A stretch of 32,000 bases of DNA from an uncultured Chloroflexia bacterium (GTDB taxonomy: Bacteria; Chloroflexota; Anaerolineae; Anaerolineales; Anaerolineaceae), in the NCBI GenBank assembly GCA_963704755.1, contig OY969938.1:2580001-2612000 (forward strand), read 5' to 3'. Both the position numbers and the translations under genes were made by a program. The notes below the pieces were generated by a model, which was not told where the DNA came from, did no database searches, and saw only the letters and a program-made list of their open reading frames with translations. Shown one piece after another: positions 1 through 8,997 of this stretch. How positions within the stretch are numbered: the first letter of the stretch is position 1; each line of letters starts with the position of its first letter.

Positions 1-981
1 TCGAGTATGCAGGCTCCGGCGCCGTCCGCTCCGCAGAGCTATTACATCCAAAACAACGACCCTTCGGTGATGTGGAGCCTGGGCTGTTCGCTGGGCGAAC
101 ACGACCAGCAAACCCCCGGCAAACAGGACAGCCTGGTCATCTTGAATTTTGGCCAGATGTGGACCCAGAGTGGGACGCCCGGGGTCTACTCCTATGGGGA
201 TTGGGTCTCTATGGGCGGCCTGCAAGACGCGGTAAAAAGTTATGTAGAGGGCTATTACCAATGTTCAGGCAGCGACGACACGTCCTATCTGACCCTGGGG
301 ATAGGCACCAATAACTATGGCACGTTTGGCACCGGCAGCAGCAGCCAATCCGTCTTGAGTGAAAATGCCTACGCCTACGGCCAGCGCTGGGCCACCCTGG
401 TCAATGCAGTCAATACCTGGAGTGCCCAGAAAGGCTATTACCAGCAGGTCTTTGTCACCGGCGCCATCGATATCGAGTGGGGCGGTACCTATTGGAATTC
501 GGCCAGGGTCACTCGTTCCTGGGTAGATGGGTTTAAAAACAACAGTGGATTAATCTATTTCAATTTTGGCGCCTGCGCCGGCTGCTGGACCAGCAACGCC
601 AAGGATTGGTCGTATGACTATCCATTTACGGATGCCTGGACCACGGACGACGTCTGGTATGTTTCCTGGGGATCGGTTGCGGGGAACGCTGTTCCGGAAA
701 TTTACAGTAATAACGGCACCCTGGCCCGCCAGTGGCAGGCGATCAGCAAGTACGCAGCCCAATACAAAGGCGGACGGATCGATTTCACCGGCCCGATGAC
801 CCAATATCAGGCTTGCTTGCAACAATGGGATCCTGTTACAAAAAAGGGCGATTCTTCGTGTGAGACGCTGGACAACACACCCGAAGAAGGCTGGCAGCAG
901 CTTTACGACGCATTGAATGCCGATAAGGACACGGCTCAATCGCTGGATTACGTGACCGATATCGGCTGGCAGGAGAATTAA
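1..981 (+). CDS. hypothetical protein, probably 5'-partial; Trp/Tyr/Gly-rich, no family recognised
   Basis: The ORF track gives 7..981. The frame is open back to base 1 (tcg agt atg), and there is no signal peptide after the first Met, so the gene may start upstream of the window. Codon bias matches neighbouring genes. Confidence 0.5.
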   Translation, partial: SSMQAPAPSAPQSYYIQNNDPSVMWSLGCSLGEHDQQTPGKQDSLVILNFGQMWTQSGTPGVYSYGDWVSMGGLQDAVKSYVEGYYQCSGSDDTSYLTLGIGTNNYGTFGTGSSSQSVLSENAYAYGQRWATLVNAVNTWSAQKGYYQQVFVTGAIDIEWGGTYWNSARVTRSWVDGFKNNSGLIYFNFGACAGCWTSNAKDWSYDYPFTDAWTTDDVWYVSWGSVAGNAVPEIYSNNGTLARQWQAISKYAAQYKGGRIDFTGPMTQYQACLQQWDPVTKKGDSSCETLDNTPEEGWQQLYDALNADKDTAQSLDYVTDIGWQEN

Positions 982-991
982 GGAAAAGACT

Positions 992-1678
992 ATGAAAAAA
1001 CGTCCTGTCTGGATCATGATCGGCGGAATTGCCCTGGTAGTGGCTTTGGTGGTGGGCTCCCGCCTGGCGATTGGGGCCAGTTTACCCTCCGGGCCGGCCT
1101 GGCTGACGAACGACATTCAGGAGTACAGCCAGACCCTGACCGCCAATCCCAATCCCACCCAGGCTGCGCTGCTTTCACAAAAATTAAACCTGCTCGAACA
1201 GGCGAACCCGAACCAGATCAAAGGGGTGGAAGGCGAGTCAGCCAAGGCAGCTAACCCGTGTGACCTGATGCCCACCGCGCGACCCCAGGTGCAGTCCGAC
1301 CGGGTGGAGGGCATCCTGGAGGGCCTGCTGGCGCCGATCAACCCTAGCAGCTTCAGCGGGACAAACCAGTGGCAGGGCTACGTCAACGACCAGTGGACGG
1401 TGGTCTATGCCGGCGCCGATGGGCAGAATTTGCAACAGGGCCTGCTGTGGGTAGATGTTGAAAGCACCGGTGAGTTTGACAGCTACCCGGCGGCCCAGCC
1501 CGGCGGTGCGCTGACCATCCTTTCGGCCGAGAATAATGTCCTGCTCCTCTCGGATGAATCCGGCGATACGCTTTACTTCGACATGGCCGCGCGCAGCTAC
1601 CTCAGCGTCCCGGACCAGTCCCTGCCGACCCTGGAGCCCCAACCTACCCTCACCCCCACTCCGTCGATCTGCGGATAG
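992..1678 (+). CDS. hypothetical membrane-anchored or secreted protein
   Basis: An AAGGAAAAG SD-like site precedes the ATG. The N-terminus KKRPVWIMIGGIALVVALVVGS looks like a TM or signal anchor. The gene starts 11 nt after the upstream stop and is followed by a strong terminator. Confidence 0.55.
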   Translation: MKKRPVWIMIGGIALVVALVVGSRLAIGASLPSGPAWLTNDIQEYSQTLTANPNPTQAALLSQKLNLLEQANPNQIKGVEGESAKAANPCDLMPTARPQVQSDRVEGILEGLLAPINPSSFSGTNQWQGYVNDQWTVVYAGADGQNLQQGLLWVDVESTGEFDSYPAAQPGGALTILSAENNVLLLSDESGDTLYFDMAARSYLSVPDQSLPTLEPQPTLTPTPSICG

Positions 1679-1685
1679 TAACCCC

Positions 1686-1744
1686 GAATTAAACGAATAT
1701 GCGGAGGCTTCGCCTCCGCATATTCGTTTAATTCGTTTTTTTTT
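1686..1744 (+). terminator. intrinsic terminator: perfect 23-bp stem, ttc loop, 9-T run
   Basis: gaattaaacgaatatgcggaggc (1686-1708) pairs perfectly with gcctccgcatattcgtttaattc (1712-1734). T9 follows at 1736-1744, 8 nt after the stop of the 992..1678 ORF. Confidence 0.8.
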
Positions 1745-1758
1745 GATAGGCTAAGCAG

Positions 1759-1924
1759 TTTGACAATGACCCATTCGTCACCCCACCCCCGGCCCCGCCC
1801 TTCAAGGGGCGGGGAGTCAAACGGAAATTTGAGGTTTGTTGGGCCAAATGGCCCTACAAACCTCAAATTTCCGTATCTTTCCCCCTTGCTTGGAAGGGGA
1901 GATGAAAAATGGGCTATTGTCAAA
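1759..1924. repeat. MITE-like composite element: 17-bp imperfect terminal inverted repeats enclosing three hairpins
   Basis: The TIRs are tttgacaatgacccatt (1759-1775) and aatgggctattgtcaaa (1908-1924), matching at 15/17 positions. Internal hairpins are ccccgccc/gggcgggg (1793-1814), a 25-bp stem with one mismatch (1821-1845 / 1850-1874, loop aaat), and cccctt/aagggg (1882-1899). Confidence 0.45.
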
Positions 1925-1961
1925 GCAGTCACTAAAAATTATCTGTGTCCATCTGTGACCA

Positions 1962-4808
1962 TCAGTGGCTTTTCCCCACCTTTGCGCGGACGATGGCTTT
2001 GTTGACTTCGGCCGCCACCGAGGGGACCAGCAGCAGCGGCAGCATGATCTCCCACTCGGCCCAGGTCAGCGGTACGGTATCGAAGACCGGGTTGAGGAAG
2101 GGCAGGTACACCACCACCAGCAGCAGCACCAGCGAGAACAGCACTGCCAGGTTCATCCAGCGGTTGCTGAAGATGCCGATGCGAAAGATCGGGTAACGCT
2201 CAGAGCGGGCCGTGTAGGCTCGCAGCAGCTCCGAGAGCGCGAGGGTCAGGAAAGCCATGGTGCCGGCTGCGGCCGGGTTGTTGGCCAGGCCAATGCCGTA
2301 AGCCGCCAGAGTGACCGTGGTGATGGCCACAGTCTGTACGCCCACACCCAGCCACATCTTGCGGTTGATGATCGGCTCCTTGGGCGGCCGAGGCGGTTCC
2401 TGCATGATATCCGGGTCGCCTTTTTCGGTGCCCAGGGCCAGGGCCGGCGCGCCGTCGGTGATCAGGTTGAGCCACAACAGTTGAATTGGATCCAGGGGCG
2501 AGAACACCCCCGCGATGGCGCGCGGGAACAACAGCCGTCCCAATGCCGTGGGCAGGAAGATAATCAGGATCTCGGCCAGGTTGCAAGAGATCAGGTAATA
2601 GACGAACTTGCGGATGTTCGAGTAGATGATGCGGCCTTGCTCGACGGCCGAGACGATGCTGGCGTAGTTGTCGTCGGTCAGCACCATATCGGCGGTCTCT
2701 TTGGCCACGTCGGTGCCGGTGATGCCCATCGAAACGCCGATGTCGGCGCGTTTGATGGCCGGCGCGTCGTTGACACCGTCCCCGGTCATGGCCACGATCT
2801 CGCCGTTAGCTTTGAGCGCGTCCACGATGCGCATCTTGTGTTCGGGCGAGACCCGCGCGAACACGTCGGTGCGGGTCACTTCGTGCTGCAGAGTATTGTC
2901 GTCCATCTCGTCGAGCTGGCCGCCGGTCAGCACCTGGTGGCCGGGCCGCAAGAGATGAATGCTTTCGGCAATGGCCCGGGCGGTGTTGGGATAGTCGCCG
3001 GTGATCATGATCGTGCGGATGCCGGCCCCGATGGCTTTTTCCAGGGCAGGTTTTACCTCTACCCGGGCCGGGTCGATCATCCCAATCAGCCCGACGAAGA
3101 CCAGGTCGTGCTCCAGCTCGGCGGCATTGGCTTCCTCGGGCAGGGCGGAAATCACCCGGTAGGCCACGCCCAGCACGCGCAGGGCCTCGTGGGTCATCGC
3201 GTCGTTGGCCTGTGAAATACGCTGGCGGGCAGCTTCATCCAGGGCGCGGGGTTGGTCGTCGATGGATTGGTAAGCCGTACACAGGTTGAGCACCATGTCC
3301 GGGGCACCCTTGACGATCACGGCGTGATCCGTGCAATTCGAATTATCGTCGAAAGGCGAGATGTCCGCGTCGTCCGGGTCCTGGATGTCGTGGATGGTGA
3401 CCATGCGCTTGCGGTCGGAATCGAAGGGGATCTCCTGCACGCGTGGGTAAGCCTGGTTGAGCTGGCTCGGCAAAGCGCCGGCCTTGGCGGCCGCCACCAG
3501 GATAGAGCCTTCGGTGGGGTCGCCGACGATGCGGAAACCGCTGCTCTGGTCTCCATTGACCTGTTCCAGCGAGGCGTCGTTGTTGAGCGCGCCTACCCAT
3601 AGGGCAGTCAGCGCGCCGGGGTAGTCTTTCAGGACCACCCGCTTCCCGTCCAGCGAAAAGTCACCTTCCGGGGTGTAGCCGTTCCCGCTGATTTGGAAAG
3701 ATTGGCCGTCCACCCACAGGCGGGTGACGGTCATCACATTTTGGGTAAGGGTGCCGGTCTTATCGGAGCAAATCACCGTGGCCGAGCCGAGCGTTTCCAC
3801 CGAGGAAAGCCGGCGGATGAGCGCATGGCGCTGGATCATTTCGCGCATACCCAGCGCCAGCGAAATAGTCACGATGGCCGGCAGGCCCTCGGGCACCGCC
3901 GCGATGGCCAGGCTGACCGCCACCATAAACATGCGGACGACATCTCCGCCCTGCAAGATACCGGCTAAAAAGACCAGCCCACAGATGACCAGGGCCCCCC
4001 ATCCCAGGGTTTTGCCCAACTGGTCCAGGCGGCGCTGCAAGGGGGTTTGCTCGTTTTCCACCGATTGGAGCATCCGCGCGATCATGCCGAGCTGGGTATG
4101 CATGCCGGTGCTGACCACCACACCCCGCCCGCGCCCGTACGAAACTACCGTGCCCATAAAGGCGGTATTCTTGCGGTCGCCCAGCGAGGCGTTCGAATTC
4201 AACACGGCCGAGGCACTCTTTTTGACCGGCACCAATTCGCCGGTCAGGGCGGCTTCCTCGATGTTCAGGTTGACGGCCTCGAGCAGGCGCAGGTCGGCCG
4301 GGACGAAGTTGCCCGCCTCCAGGAAGATGATATCGCCCGGCACCAGCCGGCTGGCCGCCACCGCCACGTGATGCCCTTCGCGCAGCACTTGCGCTTCCGG
4401 CGCGGCCAGCTTTTTCAAAGCGGCCAGGGCCTGCTCGGCCCGGTTTTCCTGCACCACCCCCATGATGGCGTTCAGGATGACTATGGCCAGGATGGCGGCC
4501 GGCTCGATAAAGGGCTCGTGCTCGATGTAAGCCACCACCGAGGAGATGATGGCTGCCAGCACCAGCAGGATAACCACGAAGTTGTTCAATTGGTCCAGCA
4601 CCAGTTGCAGAAACGAGCGCCGGGGTGATTCGGCCAACTGGTTGGGACCGTACGTTGCCAGCCGCCGGACAGCTTCTTGCTCTGACAGCCCGGATTGGAC
4701 CGGCAATTCCAGCTTTTCGAGGACCGCATCGGCGCTGAGCGCGTGCCAGCTAACCGAAAGGTCCTGCGCCGCGGGGCGAGGAGAGTTGCGGTTGGTTGAG
4801 TTGTTCAT
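1962..4808 (-). CDS. cation-transporting P-type ATPase, P2A (SERCA/Ca2+-ATPase-like)
   Basis: Motifs present are DKTGTLT (ICSDKTGTLTQN), TGDGVNDAPA and PEGLPAIVTISLALG. It has the N-terminal WH..s....L..GL cation-ATPase domain, is 948 aa long and has multiple TM segments. Confidence 0.9.
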   Translation of the reverse strand: MNNSTNRNSPRPAAQDLSVSWHALSADAVLEKLELPVQSGLSEQEAVRRLATYGPNQLAESPRRSFLQLVLDQLNNFVVILLVLAAIISSVVAYIEHEPFIEPAAILAIVILNAIMGVVQENRAEQALAALKKLAAPEAQVLREGHHVAVAASRLVPGDIIFLEAGNFVPADLRLLEAVNLNIEEAALTGELVPVKKSASAVLNSNASLGDRKNTAFMGTVVSYGRGRGVVVSTGMHTQLGMIARMLQSVENEQTPLQRRLDQLGKTLGWGALVICGLVFLAGILQGGDVVRMFMVAVSLAIAAVPEGLPAIVTISLALGMREMIQRHALIRRLSSVETLGSATVICSDKTGTLTQNVMTVTRLWVDGQSFQISGNGYTPEGDFSLDGKRVVLKDYPGALTALWVGALNNDASLEQVNGDQSSGFRIVGDPTEGSILVAAAKAGALPSQLNQAYPRVQEIPFDSDRKRMVTIHDIQDPDDADISPFDDNSNCTDHAVIVKGAPDMVLNLCTAYQSIDDQPRALDEAARQRISQANDAMTHEALRVLGVAYRVISALPEEANAAELEHDLVFVGLIGMIDPARVEVKPALEKAIGAGIRTIMITGDYPNTARAIAESIHLLRPGHQVLTGGQLDEMDDNTLQHEVTRTDVFARVSPEHKMRIVDALKANGEIVAMTGDGVNDAPAIKRADIGVSMGITGTDVAKETADMVLTDDNYASIVSAVEQGRIIYSNIRKFVYYLISCNLAEILIIFLPTALGRLLFPRAIAGVFSPLDPIQLLWLNLITDGAPALALGTEKGDPDIMQEPPRPPKEPIINRKMWLGVGVQTVAITTVTLAAYGIGLANNPAAAGTMAFLTLALSELLRAYTARSERYPIFRIGIFSNRWMNLAVLFSLVLLLVVVYLPFLNPVFDTVPLTWAEWEIMLPLLLVPSVAAEVNKAIVRAKVGKSH

Positions 4809-4965
4809 ACAGCAGGTGATCTCGCTTTCTTCGAGTAGGCCAGGTTACAGGCGAGCTTCCAGATGGTCTGGAGTGGAGAAAACGCCTTCAGGCTGATGAA
4901 TAAAATGGATCGATGGTACCTAATCCTGTGCGCGCGGTTAAAACGCGCTCCTTCTATACGGAAAA

Positions 4966-6255
4966 CTACTCTTTTTCGTTTCTGGGGCCGATGAACGTGC
5001 CCGAAGGGATGATGGTGTCTTTGGGTACGACCACGATGCCATCCCGGACGACCCAACGGTCGCCGTCGATTTCGGTCCCGCGCGGGTACGGCCGGATAGT
5101 CACGTTTTCGCCGATGTGGGGGTTCTTGTCGATAATGGCGCCGGTGATTTCGGTGTTCTTGCCAATGCCCATGCTGACATAATTAGATTTCATCAAATCC
5201 TGGCCGCTGGTGGACAGGCCTTCATAATAATCCATGCCCATGAGGATGCTGTCTTTGATCTTCACGCCTGCCCGGATCTGGCTGCGGACCCCGACCACCG
5301 AGTGGCGGATCTCGGCCTTATCGATGTGGCAGCCATCGGCCAGCATGACATGCTCCAGCAGGCTTTCTTCGATCAGCGAGCTGGGCAGAAAGCGCGAATG
5401 GGAATAGATAGGCCGTTCGGGGTCGTAGAAATTGAAGGGCGGGTTTGGGCCGGCCAGGGCCAGGTTGGTGTCGTAGAACGAGCGGATGGTTCCAATATCT
5501 TCCCAATAATCGTCGAAATCGTAGCCGAAGACGTTACAGGTGTTGATGGCGTAGGGAATGACGTCGCCGCCGAAATCGGCAAAGGCGATGTTCTCTTCCA
5601 AAATCTCGGTTAATTTCTTGGTGCTGAACAGGTAAATTCCCATCGATCCCAGGTACGGGCGCTCGGGGTCGTCGCGGCTGGTCATTTCAGACAGCAGTTT
5701 GGGGTCCTTGGGCTTTTCAGCAAAACGCACGATTTTATTCAACTCATCCCGTTTGAGCACGCCAAAGCGCCCGGCGTCTTTGGTAGTAATCGGCTGGACG
5801 GCCACGGTGATCTCGGCGCCGGTCTGCTGGTGAAACTCGAGCATCGGAGCGTAGTCCATACGGTAGAGGTGGTCGCCGGCCAGGATGAGCACGTATTCGG
5901 CCCGCGATACCCGGATCTCGAAGAGCTGCTTGCGCACGGCGTCGGCCGTGCCCTGGTACCAGTCGGCGCTGGAGACGGTCTGCTCGGCCGCCCAGATTTG
6001 GACCCAGCCGGTGTGGAAGGCATCGAAGACGTAGGTATTGTTGATGTGACGGTGCAGTGATACCGAATTGAACTGCGTTAAGACGGCAATGCGGTAGATC
6101 CCCGAGTTGATGCAGTTCGATATGGGAATATCGATCAAGCGATATTTCCCGGCAATCGGGACGGCCGGTTTGGACCGCACGGTCGTCAACGGATATAAGC
6201 GGGCTCCGCGCCCACCCCCTAAAATCACTGCTAATACGTCTTTAGTCGTCTTCAT
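4966..6255 (-). CDS. glgC: glucose-1-phosphate adenylyltransferase
   Basis: The N-terminus AVILGGGRGARLYPLTTVRSKPAVPIAGKYRLIDIPISNCINSG is typical of GlgC. It has a C-terminal left-handed beta-helix region, and GGAAGGA precedes the ATG. Confidence 0.9.
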   Translation of the reverse strand: MKTTKDVLAVILGGGRGARLYPLTTVRSKPAVPIAGKYRLIDIPISNCINSGIYRIAVLTQFNSVSLHRHINNTYVFDAFHTGWVQIWAAEQTVSSADWYQGTADAVRKQLFEIRVSRAEYVLILAGDHLYRMDYAPMLEFHQQTGAEITVAVQPITTKDAGRFGVLKRDELNKIVRFAEKPKDPKLLSEMTSRDDPERPYLGSMGIYLFSTKKLTEILEENIAFADFGGDVIPYAINTCNVFGYDFDDYWEDIGTIRSFYDTNLALAGPNPPFNFYDPERPIYSHSRFLPSSLIEESLLEHVMLADGCHIDKAEIRHSVVGVRSQIRAGVKIKDSILMGMDYYEGLSTSGQDLMKSNYVSMGIGKNTEITGAIIDKNPHIGENVTIRPYPRGTEIDGDRWVVRDGIVVVPKDTIIPSGTFIGPRNEKE

Positions 6256-6492
6256 TAAGTATCCTTCCGCTATTTATGCTATAACCAGACCCAGATAAAA
6301 GTGCTCCCCATCGGGCCGAACAATTACAAAACTCTATAATTATTATATATGGTTCTTCCACCCTCAACTCTTTAATTAAGAAGTGTTAATAAAAAAGGCT
6401 TTTCAATTGCCTATAGATCCAATGCCGGGCTCTGAGCAACAGAACCCTAAATACTGCTATAATTTCTCCTTATTCCCCCTGGAGAAATTTAA

Positions 6493-6834
6493 ATGAGCTT
6501 ACCTGACTGGACCCAGCACTTTGCGGGCGCCGTGACCGTGTGCGACCGCGATGGAATCATTCTGGCGATGAACGACAAATCCGCGCAGACCTTTGCCAGG
6601 GACGGCGGCGCTGCCCTGGTCGGCTCGAATTTGTTCGACTGCCATAACGAGCAATCGAAAGTAAAAATCCGGGCTTTACTCGACAGCGGCCAAACCAACG
6701 CCTACACCATCGAGAAAAATGGCGTCAAGAAGCTGATTTACCAGTCCCCCTGGTACGATGACGCCGGCCAGTTGGCCGGCCTGGTGGAATTGTCGCTGGA
6801 GATCCCGGCCGAGATGCCCCACTTCGTGCGTTGA
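6493..6834 (+). CDS. small stand-alone PAS-domain-like protein
   Basis: The 113-aa sequence (VTVCDRDGIILAMNDKSAQTF...NLFDCH...YTIEKNGVKKLIYQSPW) has PAS-fold-like spacing. GGAGAAATTTAAATG provides an SD. Confidence 0.55.
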   Translation: MSLPDWTQHFAGAVTVCDRDGIILAMNDKSAQTFARDGGAALVGSNLFDCHNEQSKVKIRALLDSGQTNAYTIEKNGVKKLIYQSPWYDDAGQLAGLVELSLEIPAEMPHFVR

Positions 6835-6901
6835 AAGGTAACTGCTCAACAATAAGAACACCCCAGTTTTATGAACAGGTCAGAGCCGTTACGCTGAAAA
6901 T

Positions 6902-6950
6902 TTGAATACAGAAGATGGGGCGGCCAGGCCGCCCCATCTTCTGTATTCAA
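6902..6950. terminator. perfect 49-bp palindrome (24-bp arms) between convergent genes; candidate bidirectional terminator
   Basis: ttgaatacagaagatggggcggcc (6902-6925), a central a, then ggccgccccatcttctgtattcaa (6927-6950). It ends 3 nt from the mgtE stop codon. There is no clear U-run on either side. Confidence 0.5.
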
Positions 6951-6953
6951 TCG

Positions 6954-8300
6954 CTATACGTGCATCAATAAATGCGCGATGGTAAAGTAGATAAACAGGC
7001 CGGTCGCATCCACCAGGGTGCTCATGACTGGCCCAGACACGATTGGCGGATCGATGCCGATCTTGGCGGCCAGGATGGGTAACACCGCGCCCAGGACATT
7101 GGCCCAGATGACGACCACACAAATGGTCAGGGATACCGTCTCAGCCAACTGGATAGCCGAACCCCAGGTTAGCGCGCGGATGAAAGCGATGACCGACATG
7201 GCCAGGCCCAGCAGCAGGCTTACCCGAAATTCGTGCCAGACCGAGCGAGCAGCGTCTTTCAGGCTGATATCACCGACCGCCAGGGCGCGGATGATGGTGC
7301 TGGTGGTCTGTGAACCGGCGTTACCGCCGGTGCCGATCAACAAGGGGATAAAGAAGGCCAGCGCGACGACCGACTGGAGTTCCGCCTGGAAGTGGCGCTC
7401 TACGGTGCCGGTCAGCATTTCGGTGACGAAGAGCAGCAGCAGCCAGCCGACCCGCTTTTTGGCAATCGTCAGGATACCGGTGCTCAGGTAGGGCTGCTCC
7501 AACGGTTCGGCGCCGCCCATGCGCTGGATATCCTCGGTGGCTTCGTCTTCCATAACGTCCACCAGGTCATCCACCGTGATTACGCCCAGCAGCATGTTGT
7601 CGTCGTTGACCACCGGCAGGGCCAGCAGGTCATATTTCGAAAGCAGGCGGGCGCACTCTTCCTGGTCGGCGCCGGCCTTGACCGAGACCACATTGGGTTC
7701 CATGATGTCTGCGATGCGGCTGTGCGGATCGGCCACGATCAAGTGACGCAGGCCGACCACCCCGACCAGGCGCTTGGCCTGGTCCACTACGAACAGGTAA
7801 TAGAAGGCTTCGGCCTCGGGGTTCCAGCGCCGGATCGCCTCGATCGCTTCTTGAACGGACATGCGCGGGCGCAGGGCCAGAAACTCGGAGTTCATCAGGC
7901 CGCCGGCGCTGTCATCGGCATGGAAGAGCAGCGGGCGGACCTCTTCCGGGTCCTCTAGTTGAGCCAGGACGGCTTCGGCCTGGTTGCGGGGCAGGTCGCC
8001 TAACAAATCGGCCGCCTCGTCTGGCTCCATCTCATTCATAATACGCGCAACCGTGTCAGCCGACAGGTGCGAAGCCAGTTTGGCCGCGTCCTGATCGTCC
8101 AGTTCTTCCAAAATATCAGCCGAATCGGACGGGTTCAGGCGGGGCAAAAGATCGGCCTGGGCGGTGTCATCCAGCTCATTGAACAATTCTGCCTGGTCTG
8201 GTGAGCGCAGTGATTCGATCAGGTTGATCGCATCGTCGAGTTTTTCGTGCTCCAGCGAAGTCTGGAGCTTAGTTAATACATCTTGCAGGTTAAAGGTCAT
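6954..8300 (-). CDS. mgtE: magnesium transporter MgtE
   Basis: It has the MgtE N-domain, a CBS pair and a C-terminal 5-TM domain (GGNAGSQTTS motif). I set the start at the internal ATG at 8300, which is preceded by GGAGGTGCGGT, rather than the track start at 8354. Confidence 0.9.
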   Translation of the reverse strand: MTFNLQDVLTKLQTSLEHEKLDDAINLIESLRSPDQAELFNELDDTAQADLLPRLNPSDSADILEELDDQDAAKLASHLSADTVARIMNEMEPDEAADLLGDLPRNQAEAVLAQLEDPEEVRPLLFHADDSAGGLMNSEFLALRPRMSVQEAIEAIRRWNPEAEAFYYLFVVDQAKRLVGVVGLRHLIVADPHSRIADIMEPNVVSVKAGADQEECARLLSKYDLLALPVVNDDNMLLGVITVDDLVDVMEDEATEDIQRMGGAEPLEQPYLSTGILTIAKKRVGWLLLLFVTEMLTGTVERHFQAELQSVVALAFFIPLLIGTGGNAGSQTTSTIIRALAVGDISLKDAARSVWHEFRVSLLLGLAMSVIAFIRALTWGSAIQLAETVSLTICVVVIWANVLGAVLPILAAKIGIDPPIVSGPVMSTLVDATGLFIYFTIAHLLMHV

Positions 8301-8430
8301 ACCGCACCTCCGAGTTTTTATTCCATGCCGCACGCTGTCCTTAACGGCTTTCACATACCGTTATCGATTGGTCAATTGACTGCGGATTTTGCCAGGATGC
8401 CTGGCCGGAGAGTGCTTCGAAAGAGCTTAT

Positions 8431-8598
8431 TTAATTGGAAAGGCGGTCTGAATTACCCACAAGTCCATGGGTGCCCTCGAGAGGGCGAACCAGGAGATGA
8501 GCGTAATTTTGAACTTTCCAGGGCTGTATCGAAATGCTCTCCAGCCGTTGCCTACGATAATTAGGGCATCTATACCCCGCACTATCGTCTGCGTTCAT
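8431..8598 (-). CDS. candidate 55-codon leader or small ORF between the M-box terminator and mgtE (speculative)
   Basis: GGAGGAGGTGATCGC-ATG is a near-ideal SD with good spacing. However, the ORF uses rare codons (aga, agg, ata), its third-position GC is not elevated, and I recognise no family. Confidence 0.2.
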   Translation of the reverse strand: MNADDSAGYRCPNYRRQRLESISIQPWKVQNYAHLLVRPLEGTHGLVGNSDRLSN

Positions 8599-8660
8599 GC
8601 GATCACCTCCTCCCCACGCCCGAGCCGGTGGGATTAGGCCCGAAAAACGGGCCACGACCC

Positions 8661-8699
8661 GGGGAAAATAAAGCTGCCTCCGTTAATCATGGAGGCAGC
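8661..8699 (-). terminator. intrinsic terminator forming the M-box expression platform
   Basis: The minus strand reads GCUGCCUCC-AUGAUUAAC-GGAGGCAGC (8699-8673) followed by UUUAUUUUCC. The upstream GGAGGC at the 3' edge of the aptamer can alternatively pair with GCCUCC, acting as an antiterminator. Confidence 0.75.
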
Positions 8700-8734
8700 C
8701 ATAAATCACATAAGCCGAGAGCTGTTGCTTTCGG

Positions 8735-8912
8735 TTAGCCTCCACTGGTTGAGCTTTGGCACTGCGTAGCGTAATGGGATTCGCTATCTGATTCCCAAGC
8801 CGCCTTGAGTGAAGCCTTATGTCGGCCCCACCTGGTCTACCCCTTGGTGTCTCTCGACATTTCGGGGCAGCGGCCTGTGTCTTGCGCAGACGCCTCGCCT
8901 AACGAGACTCTT
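8735..8912 (-). promoter_or_regulatory. M-box (ykoK-leader) Mg2+-sensing riboswitch aptamer
   Basis: The minus strand reads CGUUAGGCGAGGC...CCGCUGCCCCGAAAUGUCGAGAGACACCAAGGGGUAGACCAGG...GACAUAAGGC...CAGUGCCAAAGCUCAACC. From memory, this matches block for block the B. subtilis mgtE M-box (GUUAGGUGAGGC...GCUGCCCAAAAAUGUCCAAAGACGCUAAUGGGUCAACAG...GACAUAAGGU...CAGUGCUAAAGCUCUACG). It lies upstream of mgtE. Confidence 0.8.
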
Positions 8913-8925
8913 TATTTCACGGATG

Positions 8926-8953
8926 ATTATAGGCGGGTTTACGGTTAAGTCAA
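8926..8953 (-). promoter_or_regulatory. sigma70-type promoter for the M-box transcript
   Basis: The minus strand has TTGACT (8953-8948), a 16-nt spacer and TATAAT (8931-8926). The aptamer starts about 15-25 nt downstream. Confidence 0.6.
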
Positions 8954-8997
8954 TAGGGAGATTGATACATGTTCGACAATTATGGGTCAGGGGGAAA

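Noticed and set aside
1597-2005. ORFs 1597..1932 (-) and 1760..2005 (+), with peptides such as PLPSKGERYGNLRFVGP.
   Set aside because: They are translations of the palindromic repeat element. Mirror-image peptides on both strands are the signature of hairpin DNA, not of genes.
1965-3215. A 416-aa plus-strand ORF antisense to the P-type ATPase. Similar long antisense or alternate-frame ORFs are 9070..10101, 10544..11293, 12709..13593, 14239..15279, 20956..22128, 22194..23099, 26603..27877 and 28166..29032.
   Set aside because: These are shadow ORFs typical of GC-rich coding DNA. Their products are Arg/Gly/Pro/His-rich and low-complexity, with no motifs. Each is fully nested in a gene with unambiguous family motifs on the other strand or frame.
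8301-8354. The longer N-terminal extensions given in the ORF track for mgtE (8354), hppA (16167), the lipoprotein (13524), the methylase (23398), the membrane protein (24074), DUF1801 (20369) and the permease (18056).
   Set aside because: In each case an internal ATG is preceded by a clear GGAGG-type SD and gives a family-typical N-terminus. The extensions are Arg-rich or overlap upstream genes or repeats.
8596-8612. gatcacctcctcc on the plus strand resembles the 16S rRNA 3' end (anti-SD).
   Set aside because: No other rRNA-like sequence surrounds it. It is simply the complement of the strong SD, GGAGGAGGTGATC, on the minus strand.
8301-8660. Possible second (tandem) M-box, or an RNase P-like GGAAAGTTC motif, in the spacer before mgtE.
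   Set aside because: None of the conserved M-box blocks (GUUAGGYGAGGC, GACAUAAGG, GUGCYAAAGCUC) recurs here. The GGAAAG match is too short and lacks the rest of the RNase P core.
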